Shown: positions 19,940 through 29,387 of the stretch, in pieces
How positions within the stretch are numbered: position 1 is the first letter of the stretch
Layout of the letters: each line of letters starts with the position of its first letter
Source: Halioglobus sp.
GTDB taxonomy: Bacteria > Pseudomonadota > Gammaproteobacteria > Pseudomonadales > Halieaceae
Reading direction: 5' to 3'
Assembly: GCA_041396005.1 (NCBI GenBank)
Contig: JAWKZK010000011.1
Location: 67,779 to 131,778 of the forward strand
Length of the DNA stretch: 64,000 bases
Notes under the pieces: model-generated
What the model saw: the letters and a program-made list of their open reading frames with translations, nothing else
Databases searched by the model: none
Told to the model about the DNA's origin: nothing
Translations under genes and position numbers: made by a program

Positions 19940-19962
19940 TGATGCCTCGCGTCACCGGCATT

Positions 19963-21870
19963 CTATTGCAGGTTGCGTTGGATAAACGCCAGCAACGGCG
20001 CAATCACCTGGTTGCTCTCGTCGTCGTCTGCGGTGACGATGTCCACGTGAGCATAGCCCTCCGAGATGTAGACCTCGAAACCGCCCGCCGCGTCGCCGAA
20101 AGCGGGGAAGGCCGGGCTGGGGTTCGCGCGGTCTACCACCCGCGGCGTGGTGCCATCGCAGCTCGGCGCGGCGCAGGGCGCGATGGCGTCGGCAAAACCC
20201 AGCCACACCGCCGGCACCGGTGTCAGCCCGTTGCTGCCGCCGAAGGCGATCACCGGGATGTCGATGTTGGTGGCCTGGGTGCGGTAGTCGATATCGCCGC
20301 GGCCCCGGCCCACGGGCGGGGGTGCGGATAGCGGCGTGGTATCCAGCCCCAGGCCGTTGGTCACCGCAAGGCCGGAAGAGGCGTAATACCACTCGGAAAA
20401 GTTGGTGCCGCCGCGGAAAAAGATCGGCAGCATGCGCCCTTCGAGATCGGAGGGCTCCGCCTCCACCCCCCAGACACCCGCGCCGGCCAGGCTGGTGGGC
20501 GCCGGGCCATTGTCGGTGAACGCCTCGGCCGGTATGCCGTCGCTTTTACTCAGCCAGGTGGCGACGCCGTTTTCCACCGGGCCGTCGAAGCCCACCGAGG
20601 TTGCCACGAAGCTTGCCAGCGAGGCGGCCACGCCGTCGTCATCCAGGAATTTTCCCAGCAGGGCGCTGGAGGAGGCGTCGCCGCCGCCCACCAGTGGCGC
20701 CAGAATGGTGAGCTGGGGCACCCTGGCGATGGCGTTGTTGCCGGCGATGCCGTTCTGGTCCTGCTGCAGAATGGATTGCACACCGTCGCCCACGGCCAGC
20801 GCGTCGATGGCATTCACTTCGGAGATGGCGAGCAACTGGGGTGAGAGCAGCCCCGCAACCTCGGCGTAGGCGCCGCGGGGTTGCACGCAGCGGGTGTTGG
20901 CGAAAGCGGCGCAATCCGTCGCGGCGGTGTCGCTGGTGCAGGCGGTGTTGCCATCGATGCATCGCGGAGCCTGGTCGCGCACCGCGCCGTACAGTCCACC
21001 GTCGAAGCTGGCCTCGATCAGGTCCAGGGTCTCCTCGCTCACCGGCTCGTCCGAGAGACTGCCGCCGCCTCCCTCGAGCAGCACCAGGCCGCGCAGCCTG
21101 GCGTAGCCCGGCTGGGGCGCGCCCGAACCGAAGCTGAAGTCGGTAGCCGCGTAGCGGGCGGTGTAGCCGGTGCCCGCGGAGTGTCCGCCGAGGAAGACGT
21201 TTGCGCCGCGCGCCGCAGCACGCGCGGCCTCAACCACCGCGTCGATATCCTGCGAGTGCACCAGCGTGGTCCACTGCGCCATGAAGGCGGTGTCGCTGCT
21301 GCTGTTGTAAAACTCGGCCCGGCGGTTCGGCCCCTCGACCAGCGCCTGGCTCAGGTTGAGCCCGAGGGCGTCACCGAACAGGAAGTCCAGCCCTACCAGC
21401 GGGTCGTTCAGTTCCTCCGCGATATCGAGGCCCACCGTGTCTTCCAGAAAACTCGAGCGTCGGTCTACCGCCCACACTTCCAGCACCAGCGAGGTGTCGG
21501 CCGCCGCGCGACGCAGCAGGTTTTCCGCCAGCAGGTAGAAGGTGGACGCCCCCCCCTCGAAGCCGGGTATCAGCACCAGAATCGCATCCGGCTGCCGGTT
21601 TTCATTGTTCGACAGGAAGTAGCGCGTGTAGCGCGCCTTGTTGAAGTTGATGTCCTGGCCGGCGAACTGACGCAGCAGCTTCGGGTTGCTCACAAGCACG
21701 CCCGGTGAGCCGGGCGTAAAGGCGGGTTGCGCCACGCTGGGCAGATCGACAGTGGCCTGCAGGAAGGCGTTATCACCCGGCATCACCGGGGTGGGTGAAT
21801 CGCTGCCGTCCGAGCAGCCGGTCAGCGACCCGATGAGGGCAAGGGCAGTCACGAGACAAGGCATGCGCAT
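19963..21870 (-). CDS. Large alpha/beta hydrolase lipoprotein
   Basis: Lipobox LTGC followed by SDGSD; IPGFEGGA, GGHSAG nucleophile elbow, GYAHVD. Start moved to MRMPCL. Confidence 0.8.
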   Translation of the reverse strand: MRMPCLVTALALIGSLTGCSDGSDSPTPVMPGDNAFLQATVDLPSVAQPAFTPGSPGVLVSNPKLLRQFAGQDINFNKARYTRYFLSNNENRQPDAILVLIPGFEGGASTFYLLAENLLRRAAADTSLVLEVWAVDRRSSFLEDTVGLDIAEELNDPLVGLDFLFGDALGLNLSQALVEGPNRRAEFYNSSSDTAFMAQWTTLVHSQDIDAVVEAARAAARGANVFLGGHSAGTGYTARYAATDFSFGSGAPQPGYARLRGLVLLEGGGGSLSDEPVSEETLDLIEASFDGGLYGAVRDQAPRCIDGNTACTSDTAATDCAAFANTRCVQPRGAYAEVAGLLSPQLLAISEVNAIDALAVGDGVQSILQQDQNGIAGNNAIARVPQLTILAPLVGGGDASSSALLGKFLDDDGVAASLASFVATSVGFDGPVENGVATWLSKSDGIPAEAFTDNGPAPTSLAGAGVWGVEAEPSDLEGRMLPIFFRGGTNFSEWYYASSGLAVTNGLGLDTTPLSAPPPVGRGRGDIDYRTQATNIDIPVIAFGGSNGLTPVPAVWLGFADAIAPCAAPSCDGTTPRVVDRANPSPAFPAFGDAAGGFEVYISEGYAHVDIVTADDDESNQVIAPLLAFIQRNLQ

Positions 21871-22044
21871 AGCGGGCACTCTGTTGTTGTGGATGTTGTT
21901 GTGGATTATGTGAGTAAGGGTGTGAGAGCAGTATAGAAGAATCTGGCGCGGCTGCAGCGCCAGATGGCCACCCGGGGGATGCGCCGCGGTGCGCACTGGC
22001 CTACACTAGGCGGAGCTTTCACGATAACAACAACAGGTTGAGCG

Positions 22045-23202
22045 ATGGTTCGCAAACTCTCCGCGGCACTGCTGGCCCTCGCGTCTATCGCGTTGTCCGG
22101 CTGTAGCGATGGCAGTGACGGCAGTCAGGCCGGCGCGGCACTGCCGGTACCTTCCGATTTCAGCGACGCCGATGCCAGCCTTGAGGCCTTTGTGGCTGCG
22201 CATCCCGGGTTCAGCGGTGCCGCCTATATCGTGGTAGACCGTTCGCGCGGCGTGATCCACCAGCGCGCGGTGGGTGACTACACCGTAGACACGGTGGTGA
22301 TGCTCGCATCCACCAGCAAAGTGCCGTCCTCGATGCTCCTGATGGCGCTGGCGGAAGACGATGACAACGTCGATTTCGAGATAGACCGCGCGATTGACGA
22401 TTACCTGCCCTGGATGGGTGTGTGGCCGGGGCGCACCGCTGAACAGCTCGTTTCCAACACCTCGGGCATCCCCGGCCTCGGCCAACTCGCCGGCTATGGC
22501 GCTCACCTGTGCCAGTTTTCTCCCGCCGGCCAGTTGCGTGACTGCGGGCAGGTGATTTATGAAACGCCGCTGGATGCGCTCAGCAGTTTTCCGCCCGGCA
22601 CCGGCTTCGATTACGGCGGCAGCCCCTGGCAGCTCGCGGGTGCGGTCGCTGAAGTGGTGGGCGGTGCAAGCTGGAACCAGCTGTTCGACGCCTACATTGG
22701 CCAACCCTGCGAACTGGAGGTGTTTCGCTACGGCAACAACCTCGCCGTGTTTGCGGACTGGAGCGGCGACCCGGACAGCCTGCAGGGTCTGGATAACCCG
22801 AATATCGAGGGCGGGGCGATCAGCAATCTGGCGGATTACGCCAGGTTGATTTCGCTGCATCTCAACGAGGGCCGCTGCGGGGATACGCAGGTGCTCAGCC
22901 CCGAGGCCGTTGCCTTTATGCGCCGTGATCGTGCCTGGGCCACCGGCACGGTGGCGCGAGACGCATGGGGCTATGGCATGGGCTGGTGGATCGAACCGCC
23001 CGAGGATGTCGATGCCGCGCCCACCCTGTTTCGCGACCCGGGTGCTTTCGGTGCGCTGTCGTGGATCGATATCGAGCGCGGTTTCGGCGGCTTCATGGCG
23101 ATCCAGTCAAAAGCACTCGAGGACGGTTCCGACGCCAGCGGCTATGGCTCCAGGGAGTTGATTCCCCTGTTGCAGGCCGCCTACGACGCGGTGCGACCCT
23201 AG
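22045..23202 (+). CDS. Serine hydrolase (beta-lactamase family) lipoprotein
   Basis: Lipobox LSGC followed by SDGSD; ASTSK (SxxK); FDYGG; YGMGWW; PGAFG. Confidence 0.9.
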   Translation: MVRKLSAALLALASIALSGCSDGSDGSQAGAALPVPSDFSDADASLEAFVAAHPGFSGAAYIVVDRSRGVIHQRAVGDYTVDTVVMLASTSKVPSSMLLMALAEDDDNVDFEIDRAIDDYLPWMGVWPGRTAEQLVSNTSGIPGLGQLAGYGAHLCQFSPAGQLRDCGQVIYETPLDALSSFPPGTGFDYGGSPWQLAGAVAEVVGGASWNQLFDAYIGQPCELEVFRYGNNLAVFADWSGDPDSLQGLDNPNIEGGAISNLADYARLISLHLNEGRCGDTQVLSPEAVAFMRRDRAWATGTVARDAWGYGMGWWIEPPEDVDAAPTLFRDPGAFGALSWIDIERGFGGFMAIQSKALEDGSDASGYGSRELIPLLQAAYDAVRP

Positions 23203-23262
23203 CGGCGACCCGCGCCCGGCACCGGGCCGCGCCTCGTGGGCTACCAGGCGGGAGGAGAGGAG

Positions 23263-24693
23263 ATGAAACGCAGAGCTTTTTTACGCTATAGCGGCCTCGG
23301 CGCGGCTGGCGCGGCCACGGCAGCCACGCTGGGTGGCTGTGCCGATGACGCGCCGTCGGTCAAATTCTGGCAACAGGGCAATTTCCGGCCAGTGAAGGAC
23401 GAGGTCAGCGTCAGTGAGCTGACCATCGAAGGGTCCATTCCGCCAGAGCTCTCGGGCCTGTATGTGCGCAACGGCACCAACGCCGCAAGCGGCACGGCGG
23501 AACACTTCTTCGGCGGCGATGGGATGTTGCACGGACTGCGCCTGGAAGGCGGGCGCGCGCTCTGGTATCGCAACCGTTACGTCGATACGCCGGTGTACCG
23601 CCAGGAAACCGGCGGCTTTGGCGCGCCGAAGGCCGAGGATACCACCAGCGCGGTGTCGCTCATCTATCATGGTGGGCGCCTGATGTCGCTCGGCGAGTTC
23701 GGTTACCCGTACCTCATTGATCCGGGCGACCTGTCAACGCTGGGCGTGTTCAACTACGATGGCAAACTGACCGGCAATATGACGGCGCACCCGCGGATAG
23801 ACCCGCACACTGGCGAGATGCTGTTTTTCGGCTACAACGTGATGCAGCCCTACCTGACCTACATGCGCGCGGACGCCGCCGGCAACATGCTGCAGGTTGA
23901 ACCCCTGGAATTGAGCGGTCCGAGCATGATGCACGATTTTGCCGTGACGGAAAATCATGTGGTGTTCATGGAGATGCCGGTGCGTTTCTCCTGGTGGCAG
24001 GCGCTCACCGGCAGCGCGCTGCCTTTCAAGTGGGATGACGGCGCGCCCTGTCGCGTGGGTGTAATGCCGCGCACGGGCAGCAACGCCGATCTGCGCTGGT
24101 TCGATATTCCCCCGTGCTTCGTATTTCACATCATGAATTCGTTTGAGCGCGGGAACGAAGTGATGGTGGACGCTGCCCGCTACGATCACCTCTGGGTGAA
24201 AAACTCGCACGACTTTTTCCATCCGGCCCGGCTGTCGCGTTTCACGATGAACCTGAAAACCGGCAAGGCCTCGGTTGAGCGGATTTTCGATGCCGCCATG
24301 GAGTTCCCGCAGGTGAATCGCAGCCAGTGGACGCTGCCTTACCGCTACGGTTACAGCCTTGCGGTGGACGAAGTGAATGACGCGCCCGAGCGCATCAATC
24401 TCGCGCGCGGCGGTATTCGCAAGTACGACCTGAGTACGGGAGACGCGCAGGAATGGGCGTCAGGCGTGAACCTGGTGCCCGGCGAGGCGCTTTTCATTCC
24501 GGCGGCGGATGGCGGCCTGGAAGACGATGGCTATCTGGCCAGCTTCGTGTACGACAGGCACGCGGATGTGAGTAGTTTCTGTCTGTTCGACGCCACTCGC
24601 GTGGCCGCGGGACCGATCGCGACGGTGCGTCTGCCGGTGCGTGTGCCGGTGGGATTCCACGGCCTTTGGGTTCCGGATTTCGCGCTCGCTTGA
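23263..24693 (+). CDS. Carotenoid/stilbene cleavage oxygenase (RPE65 family) with Tat lipoprotein signal
   Basis: MKRRAFL...LGGC; FGGDGMLH; four Fe-ligand His motifs TAHP, MHDF, FHIMN, GFHG. Confidence 0.92.
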   Translation: MKRRAFLRYSGLGAAGAATAATLGGCADDAPSVKFWQQGNFRPVKDEVSVSELTIEGSIPPELSGLYVRNGTNAASGTAEHFFGGDGMLHGLRLEGGRALWYRNRYVDTPVYRQETGGFGAPKAEDTTSAVSLIYHGGRLMSLGEFGYPYLIDPGDLSTLGVFNYDGKLTGNMTAHPRIDPHTGEMLFFGYNVMQPYLTYMRADAAGNMLQVEPLELSGPSMMHDFAVTENHVVFMEMPVRFSWWQALTGSALPFKWDDGAPCRVGVMPRTGSNADLRWFDIPPCFVFHIMNSFERGNEVMVDAARYDHLWVKNSHDFFHPARLSRFTMNLKTGKASVERIFDAAMEFPQVNRSQWTLPYRYGYSLAVDEVNDAPERINLARGGIRKYDLSTGDAQEWASGVNLVPGEALFIPAADGGLEDDGYLASFVYDRHADVSSFCLFDATRVAAGPIATVRLPVRVPVGFHGLWVPDFALA

Positions 24694-24800
24694 GGACCGG
24701 GCCACTCGTTGCCGCTTGTGGCTAAAGGAAGACGTGACCGACTGTTCGCTCGGAACGGTCCGCCAGGGCAGCGCGCGAGCGCCTGCACAAAATTCGAACC

Positions 24801-24828
24801 AAAAAAAAGCGGCTACCGAGGTAGCCGC
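24801..24828 (-). terminator. Rho-independent terminator after the porin gene
   Basis: Stem GCGGCTAC / GTAGCCGC with a 4-nt loop, followed by T8 on the minus strand. Confidence 0.85.
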
Positions 24829-24854
24829 CCTGTCCTGACGATGTCGCCCAGTGC

Positions 24855-25667
24855 CTAGAAACGCGCGCTGGCCGTGAACACGTAGGAATCGGTCTCGAAG
24901 TCGGTGTCTTCCACTTCCGCTTCGGTGTAGGCGATGCCTACAGACACGCTGTCGGTGATGAAGTACTCGGCGAATGCCAGGTACTGCTCCAACTCCTCGC
25001 CACCGTCTTCGGTATTGCTGTAACCGCCGCCGATGCCGAAGTTGCGAGTGATGTACCAGGTGGCGTCGATTTCGTAAACGTCCACGTCGTCGTTGTCGCT
25101 GAACTCTTCGTCATCGTCGATATCGGTGATGCCGTAGGCGCCGTGCAGCTTCAGGCCGCCATCGTTGCCGAAGGTCCACAGGTGATCCACGTCTACGCGG
25201 TAGCTGTCGACATCGCCGCCGGCGTCAGCGTCGCTGTTGCTGTAGCTGAAGACCAGGGTGGTGGTGTCCCACAGGTACTTACCCACGCCGATGGAGTAGT
25301 TGTCTACTTCAAAGCCGCCCGGCTCGTCACGCGTGTAGGCCAGGTCCACGATCCAGCTGCCGGTCTCCTTGGTCACGTAGCGGCCGCCGATCCCATAGCT
25401 TTCCAGCTCGATGTCGTTGGCGCTGTCTACGTCGGTTTCACCGTCGGAGTAGAACACAGACAGTGAGGACGCCTGGTCGATGAACGCAGCTTCACCCAGC
25501 GGACCCTTGCTGTCGTCTACCGGCATCAGGAATGCGGTGCCGCCGAGCGTGATGGAGCTTACATCGCCGCCAGAAATGCCGGCGTCGGCCTGAAAGCGGT
25601 AATCCGCCTGGGCGGTTGCTGAAAGAGCCAGACCAAGACCGGCCACGATTGCAGTTTTCTTGAACAT
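24855..25667 (-). CDS. Putative outer-membrane porin (Porin_7-like beta-barrel)
   Basis: Signal peptide; alternating beta-strand pattern; acidic loops; C-terminal ASARF. Confidence 0.8.
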   Translation of the reverse strand: MFKKTAIVAGLGLALSATAQADYRFQADAGISGGDVSSITLGGTAFLMPVDDSKGPLGEAAFIDQASSLSVFYSDGETDVDSANDIELESYGIGGRYVTKETGSWIVDLAYTRDEPGGFEVDNYSIGVGKYLWDTTTLVFSYSNSDADAGGDVDSYRVDVDHLWTFGNDGGLKLHGAYGITDIDDDEEFSDNDDVDVYEIDATWYITRNFGIGGGYSNTEDGGEELEQYLAFAEYFITDSVSVGIAYTEAEVEDTDFETDSYVFTASARF

Positions 25668-25915
25668 TGTCGTCTCCTTGCGGGTTCTATTGGTGTATTC
25701 CCAGTCGTTGTAGTTATCGGGATTGGCGACATCCTAAGCGCCAGACGGGCCCGTACCTAGTGGAAATTAGGGGCACTATTTACTTCTTTTTTCCTGCAAA
25801 AACTTACACTTAATCCGGATCTACGGGTTTTGGTGTCAGTGAACGCTAACCTCCGCGCATTGCAAAGCCAGGGAGCAACAATTATGTTTAGCCCTTTGCC
25901 AAACGGAGCGGCACT

Positions 25916-26278
25916 ATGGAAACCCTCGTGGTATGGCTACCCAGAATCGGTGCCGGTATTACGTTTCTGATCGGCCTCGTCGGTTTTTTCAAACCGCGGC
26001 TGTTCCTGGACCAGGTCAACATAGAGCTCACCAGCCCCATGGCCTTTTCAGAGGCGCGTGCGGTGTTTGGCGGGCTGAACATCGGCGGGGCGGTGGCTGC
26101 CTTCACGCTCGGGGAGCCAGCGATATTCACCGCGCTGGGCATGGCCTGGGCGGCGGTGACGCTGGCGCGGGTGTGGTCGATCGCTGTCGACGGCATCGGC
26201 GTGAAAGCCTCGGTGCCCGCCCTGGTTTTCGACGGCGCCCTGTGCTTCCTGTTTCTCAGCCCATTGTTGCTGGCCTAG
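25916..26278 (+). CDS. DUF4345-like membrane protein
   Basis: Four TM helices; SEARAVFGG; LARVWSIAVDG. Confidence 0.75.
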   Translation: METLVVWLPRIGAGITFLIGLVGFFKPRLFLDQVNIELTSPMAFSEARAVFGGLNIGGAVAAFTLGEPAIFTALGMAWAAVTLARVWSIAVDGIGVKASVPALVFDGALCFLFLSPLLLA

Positions 26279-26297
26279 ACCCGCGCGTTTGGGCAGC

Positions 26298-27032
26298 ATG
26301 AGCAGGGTGGCCGTGGTCACGGGGGGCGCGCGCCGGATAGGCGCCGCCATCGCCCGGCAATTGCACGCGACCGGCTTTGATATCGCGCTGCATTACCGCA
26401 GCTCACAGACCGACGCAGAACGATTGCGCGACGAACTCTGTGCGCTGCGCGCCGGCTCCTGCGAACTGTTCGCCGCAGACCTTGGCGACCTGGCACACGT
26501 TAATGCGCTGGCGCAAGCCCTGGTCAGTCAGTATCCGCGGATAGACCTGCTGGTGAATAACGCCTCTGGTTTCGAGCCCACGCCCATCCGCGGCTGCACC
26601 CCCGAGCAGTTCGATCAAATGCTCGGCGCCAACCTGCGCGGGCCGTACTTCCTGATCCAGGGGCTGCTGCCCGCTCTGCGGGATGGCGCCAGCATCGTGA
26701 ATCTGCTGGACGTGCACATAGAGCGTCCACTGCGCGATTACAACGCCTATGGGGCCGCGAAAGCGGGGTTGGCGTCGCTCACTCGAAGCCTGGCACTGGA
26801 GCTGGGTCCTGCGGTGCGGGTTAACGGCGTGGCGCCGGGCGCGATTCTCTGGCCGGAAGACGAGGCCGCCTACGATGCCGAAACCCGCAAGCGCACGATC
26901 GCCCAGACACCGCTCGCGCGCCTGGGAGAGCCCTCCGACATTGCGCGCACGGTAGCGTTTCTGGCCTGCGAGGCGCCGTTTATCACCGGACAGGTGATCG
27001 TCGTGGATGGCGGCCGGGGATTGGCCTCCTGA
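26298..27032 (+). CDS. folM: Pteridine reductase / dihydromonapterin reductase
   Basis: TGGARRIG, IALHYRSS, VNNASGF, YGAAKAGL, VNGVAPGAILWP. Confidence 0.85.
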   Translation: MSRVAVVTGGARRIGAAIARQLHATGFDIALHYRSSQTDAERLRDELCALRAGSCELFAADLGDLAHVNALAQALVSQYPRIDLLVNNASGFEPTPIRGCTPEQFDQMLGANLRGPYFLIQGLLPALRDGASIVNLLDVHIERPLRDYNAYGAAKAGLASLTRSLALELGPAVRVNGVAPGAILWPEDEAAYDAETRKRTIAQTPLARLGEPSDIARTVAFLACEAPFITGQVIVVDGGRGLAS

Positions 27033-27066
27033 CGAAGCGGTACGTTCGGGCCTTCGCCCGGGGCCA

Positions 27067-27492
27067 CTACCAGGCGAGCAAGGCAGCGCGCACGATCAGC
27101 GCGATCAGTACCAGCGACGACAGCGAAAACAGCACAAAGCGCACCTCGATCTTGTTCCACAGCGTTTGCTGCAGGCTGTGCACCACGCGCAGCGCCACGT
27201 AGGCCCAGGCGAGCGTGACGTTGAGGCCGCTGCCGGCGCCCAGCAGCGCCAGTGTCAGCGCCACCGCGTAGAACAGCGTGGGCTGTTCCAGCAGGTGATT
27301 GTAGTTGTCTGCCTTCCAGCGCACGCGCGCCGGCAGTTCCGCCATCTGCTCGCCCTTGGGGCGGTTGGGATCCATCTGCATGCCGGCTTTCTGAATGGCG
27401 GGGATGCGCGTGGCGTACATCCAGGCCCAGATAATACTGGTCCAGATCAGCAGGGCGACGACGGGTTGCAGGATGTCAGACGCTACAGGCAT
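27067..27492 (-). CDS. MAPEG family membrane protein
   Basis: WMYATRIPA, ADNYNHLLEQPTLFY, YVALRVVHS. Start moved to MPVASD. Confidence 0.9.
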   Translation of the reverse strand: MPVASDILQPVVALLIWTSIIWAWMYATRIPAIQKAGMQMDPNRPKGEQMAELPARVRWKADNYNHLLEQPTLFYAVALTLALLGAGSGLNVTLAWAYVALRVVHSLQQTLWNKIEVRFVLFSLSSLVLIALIVRAALLAW

Positions 27493-27640
27493 GGCGTGTT
27501 CCTTATTGTAGGAGGGCGTCGTTATGATGCGCCGGCACCGTCGCGTACACAAGTAACCGCCGCGCGGCACCGGACTGTCATGGCAATTTAATGTGACGAG
27601 GCTATGCTTGTCATACCCATCCCGGAGGCGAAGAACCCCC

Positions 27641-29362
27641 ATGACCCAATCATCGCATTTGAAACGCCGTACCCTGATCAAGGGCATGGCAGCCAGTACC
27701 CTGTTGCCCCTGCTCGGCGCCAATCTCGTGGGCTGTTCAGACGGATCAGACAATCTCGGCAACTCGGTTCTCGCCGATTTTCTGCACGGCGTTGCCTCCG
27801 GTGACCCTCTGACCGACCGGGTGATCCTGTGGACACGCCTGACTCCGCGTGGCGAAGGCCTGGTGCGGGTGGCCTGGGAGGTGAGCACGGACGAGAGCTT
27901 TTCGAATATCGTCGCCAGCGGTAGCGGTACTACCTCGGCGGAGGTGGATTACACGGTAAAGGTAGATGCCGAGGGCCTGCAGCCGGGTTCCCAGTACTAC
28001 TACCGCTTCAGCAGCGACGACACGGTCTCGCCGCTGGGTAGAACCCGAACCCTGCCGGCGGGCAGCGCTGCGGCCGCGAGCTTCGCGGTGGTGTCCTGCA
28101 GCAACTATCCCGCAGGATTCTTCAATGTCTACCGCGAAGTCGCGCAGCAGGAGCTCGACGCGGTGCTGCATCTGGGCGATTACCTCTACGAATATGCCCC
28201 CGGGGGTTACGCCAGCGCCAACGCGGAGGCCTATGGGCGGGTTGTACAACCGCCCAACGAGCTGTTCTCGCTGGCCGACTATCGCACCCGCTATGCGCAG
28301 TACCGCACCGACGAGGACCTGCAGGCGGCCCATGGCCGTCACCCTTTCATCACCGTGTGGGACGATCACGAAATAGCCAACGATGCCTGGCGCGACGGCG
28401 CGGAAAACCACGATCCCGCCACCGAGGGCGATTACGCGGCGCGGAAAATGGCGGCCATCCAGGCCTGGTACGAGTGGCAGCCCGTGCGCCCGCCCACGGA
28501 TGTGAACGAGGTGATCTATCGTCGCTTCCAATACGCCGACCTGCTCGACCTGCTGATGCTCGACACGCGCATCATCGGCCGCGACGAGCAGTTCGTGTAC
28601 CCGGATTTTGTCAGCGGCGGCATGATCGACGTGGCCGCCGCCAGGGCGGCGTTCGGCGACAGCAACCGCAGCCTGCTCGGCGAGGAACAACGGGCCTGGC
28701 TGCGGGAACAACTGGCGGGGAGCGCCGCCCGCTGGCAGGTGCTGGGCCAGCAGGTGCTGGGCGGCCGCTATCACCTGCCCGCGCCGATTCTGGAGGCGCT
28801 GGACCCCGCGCTGTCGGGCGATGATCCGCTCGCTAAGGGCACCGCGGCGGTACTCGCCGCGGTGGCCGCCAAGACCACGCCCGAGGCATCGCGCACGCCC
28901 GAGCAGCAGGCGCTGCTGGATTCAGCGATCCCCTACAACCTGGATGCCTGGGACGGCTACGAGTACGAGCGCGACCAGCTACTTTCCTATGCGATCGATG
29001 TGGGTTCGAAACTCGTGGTGCTGGCGGGCGATACCCACAACGCATGGAGCAGCCAGCTCACCACCCCGGACGGACGCATCGCCGGTGTTGAGTTCGGTTG
29101 CGCCAGTGTAAGTTCGCCGGGTTTTGATTCGGTGCTGGGGCTGGAGGCCTCCGGCCTCTTCACGCCGCTGATCATTACCCTGGTGGACGATCTCAAGCGG
29201 GTAAACCTGGTGGATCGCGGTTACCTGCACCTGCGCTTCACGCCCGATGCCGTGGATGCCAGCCATCGTTTCGTGAGTACCATCGAATCGCGCGAGTACA
29301 CCGTGGATGCGGCGAAAACCATCGCCCAGTCCATCAGCCGCAGCGATATGCTGATGACCTGA
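27641..29362 (+). CDS. phoD: Alkaline phosphatase D family, Tat lipoprotein
   Basis: KRRTLIKG; LVGC followed by SDGSD; HGVASGDP, HLGDYLYE, WDDHEIAND, DAWDGY, GDTHNAW. Confidence 0.95.
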   Translation: MTQSSHLKRRTLIKGMAASTLLPLLGANLVGCSDGSDNLGNSVLADFLHGVASGDPLTDRVILWTRLTPRGEGLVRVAWEVSTDESFSNIVASGSGTTSAEVDYTVKVDAEGLQPGSQYYYRFSSDDTVSPLGRTRTLPAGSAAAASFAVVSCSNYPAGFFNVYREVAQQELDAVLHLGDYLYEYAPGGYASANAEAYGRVVQPPNELFSLADYRTRYAQYRTDEDLQAAHGRHPFITVWDDHEIANDAWRDGAENHDPATEGDYAARKMAAIQAWYEWQPVRPPTDVNEVIYRRFQYADLLDLLMLDTRIIGRDEQFVYPDFVSGGMIDVAAARAAFGDSNRSLLGEEQRAWLREQLAGSAARWQVLGQQVLGGRYHLPAPILEALDPALSGDDPLAKGTAAVLAAVAAKTTPEASRTPEQQALLDSAIPYNLDAWDGYEYERDQLLSYAIDVGSKLVVLAGDTHNAWSSQLTTPDGRIAGVEFGCASVSSPGFDSVLGLEASGLFTPLIITLVDDLKRVNLVDRGYLHLRFTPDAVDASHRFVSTIESREYTVDAAKTIAQSISRSDMLMT

Positions 29363-29387
29363 TGACAGGTTGCGCCTCGCGCACCTG

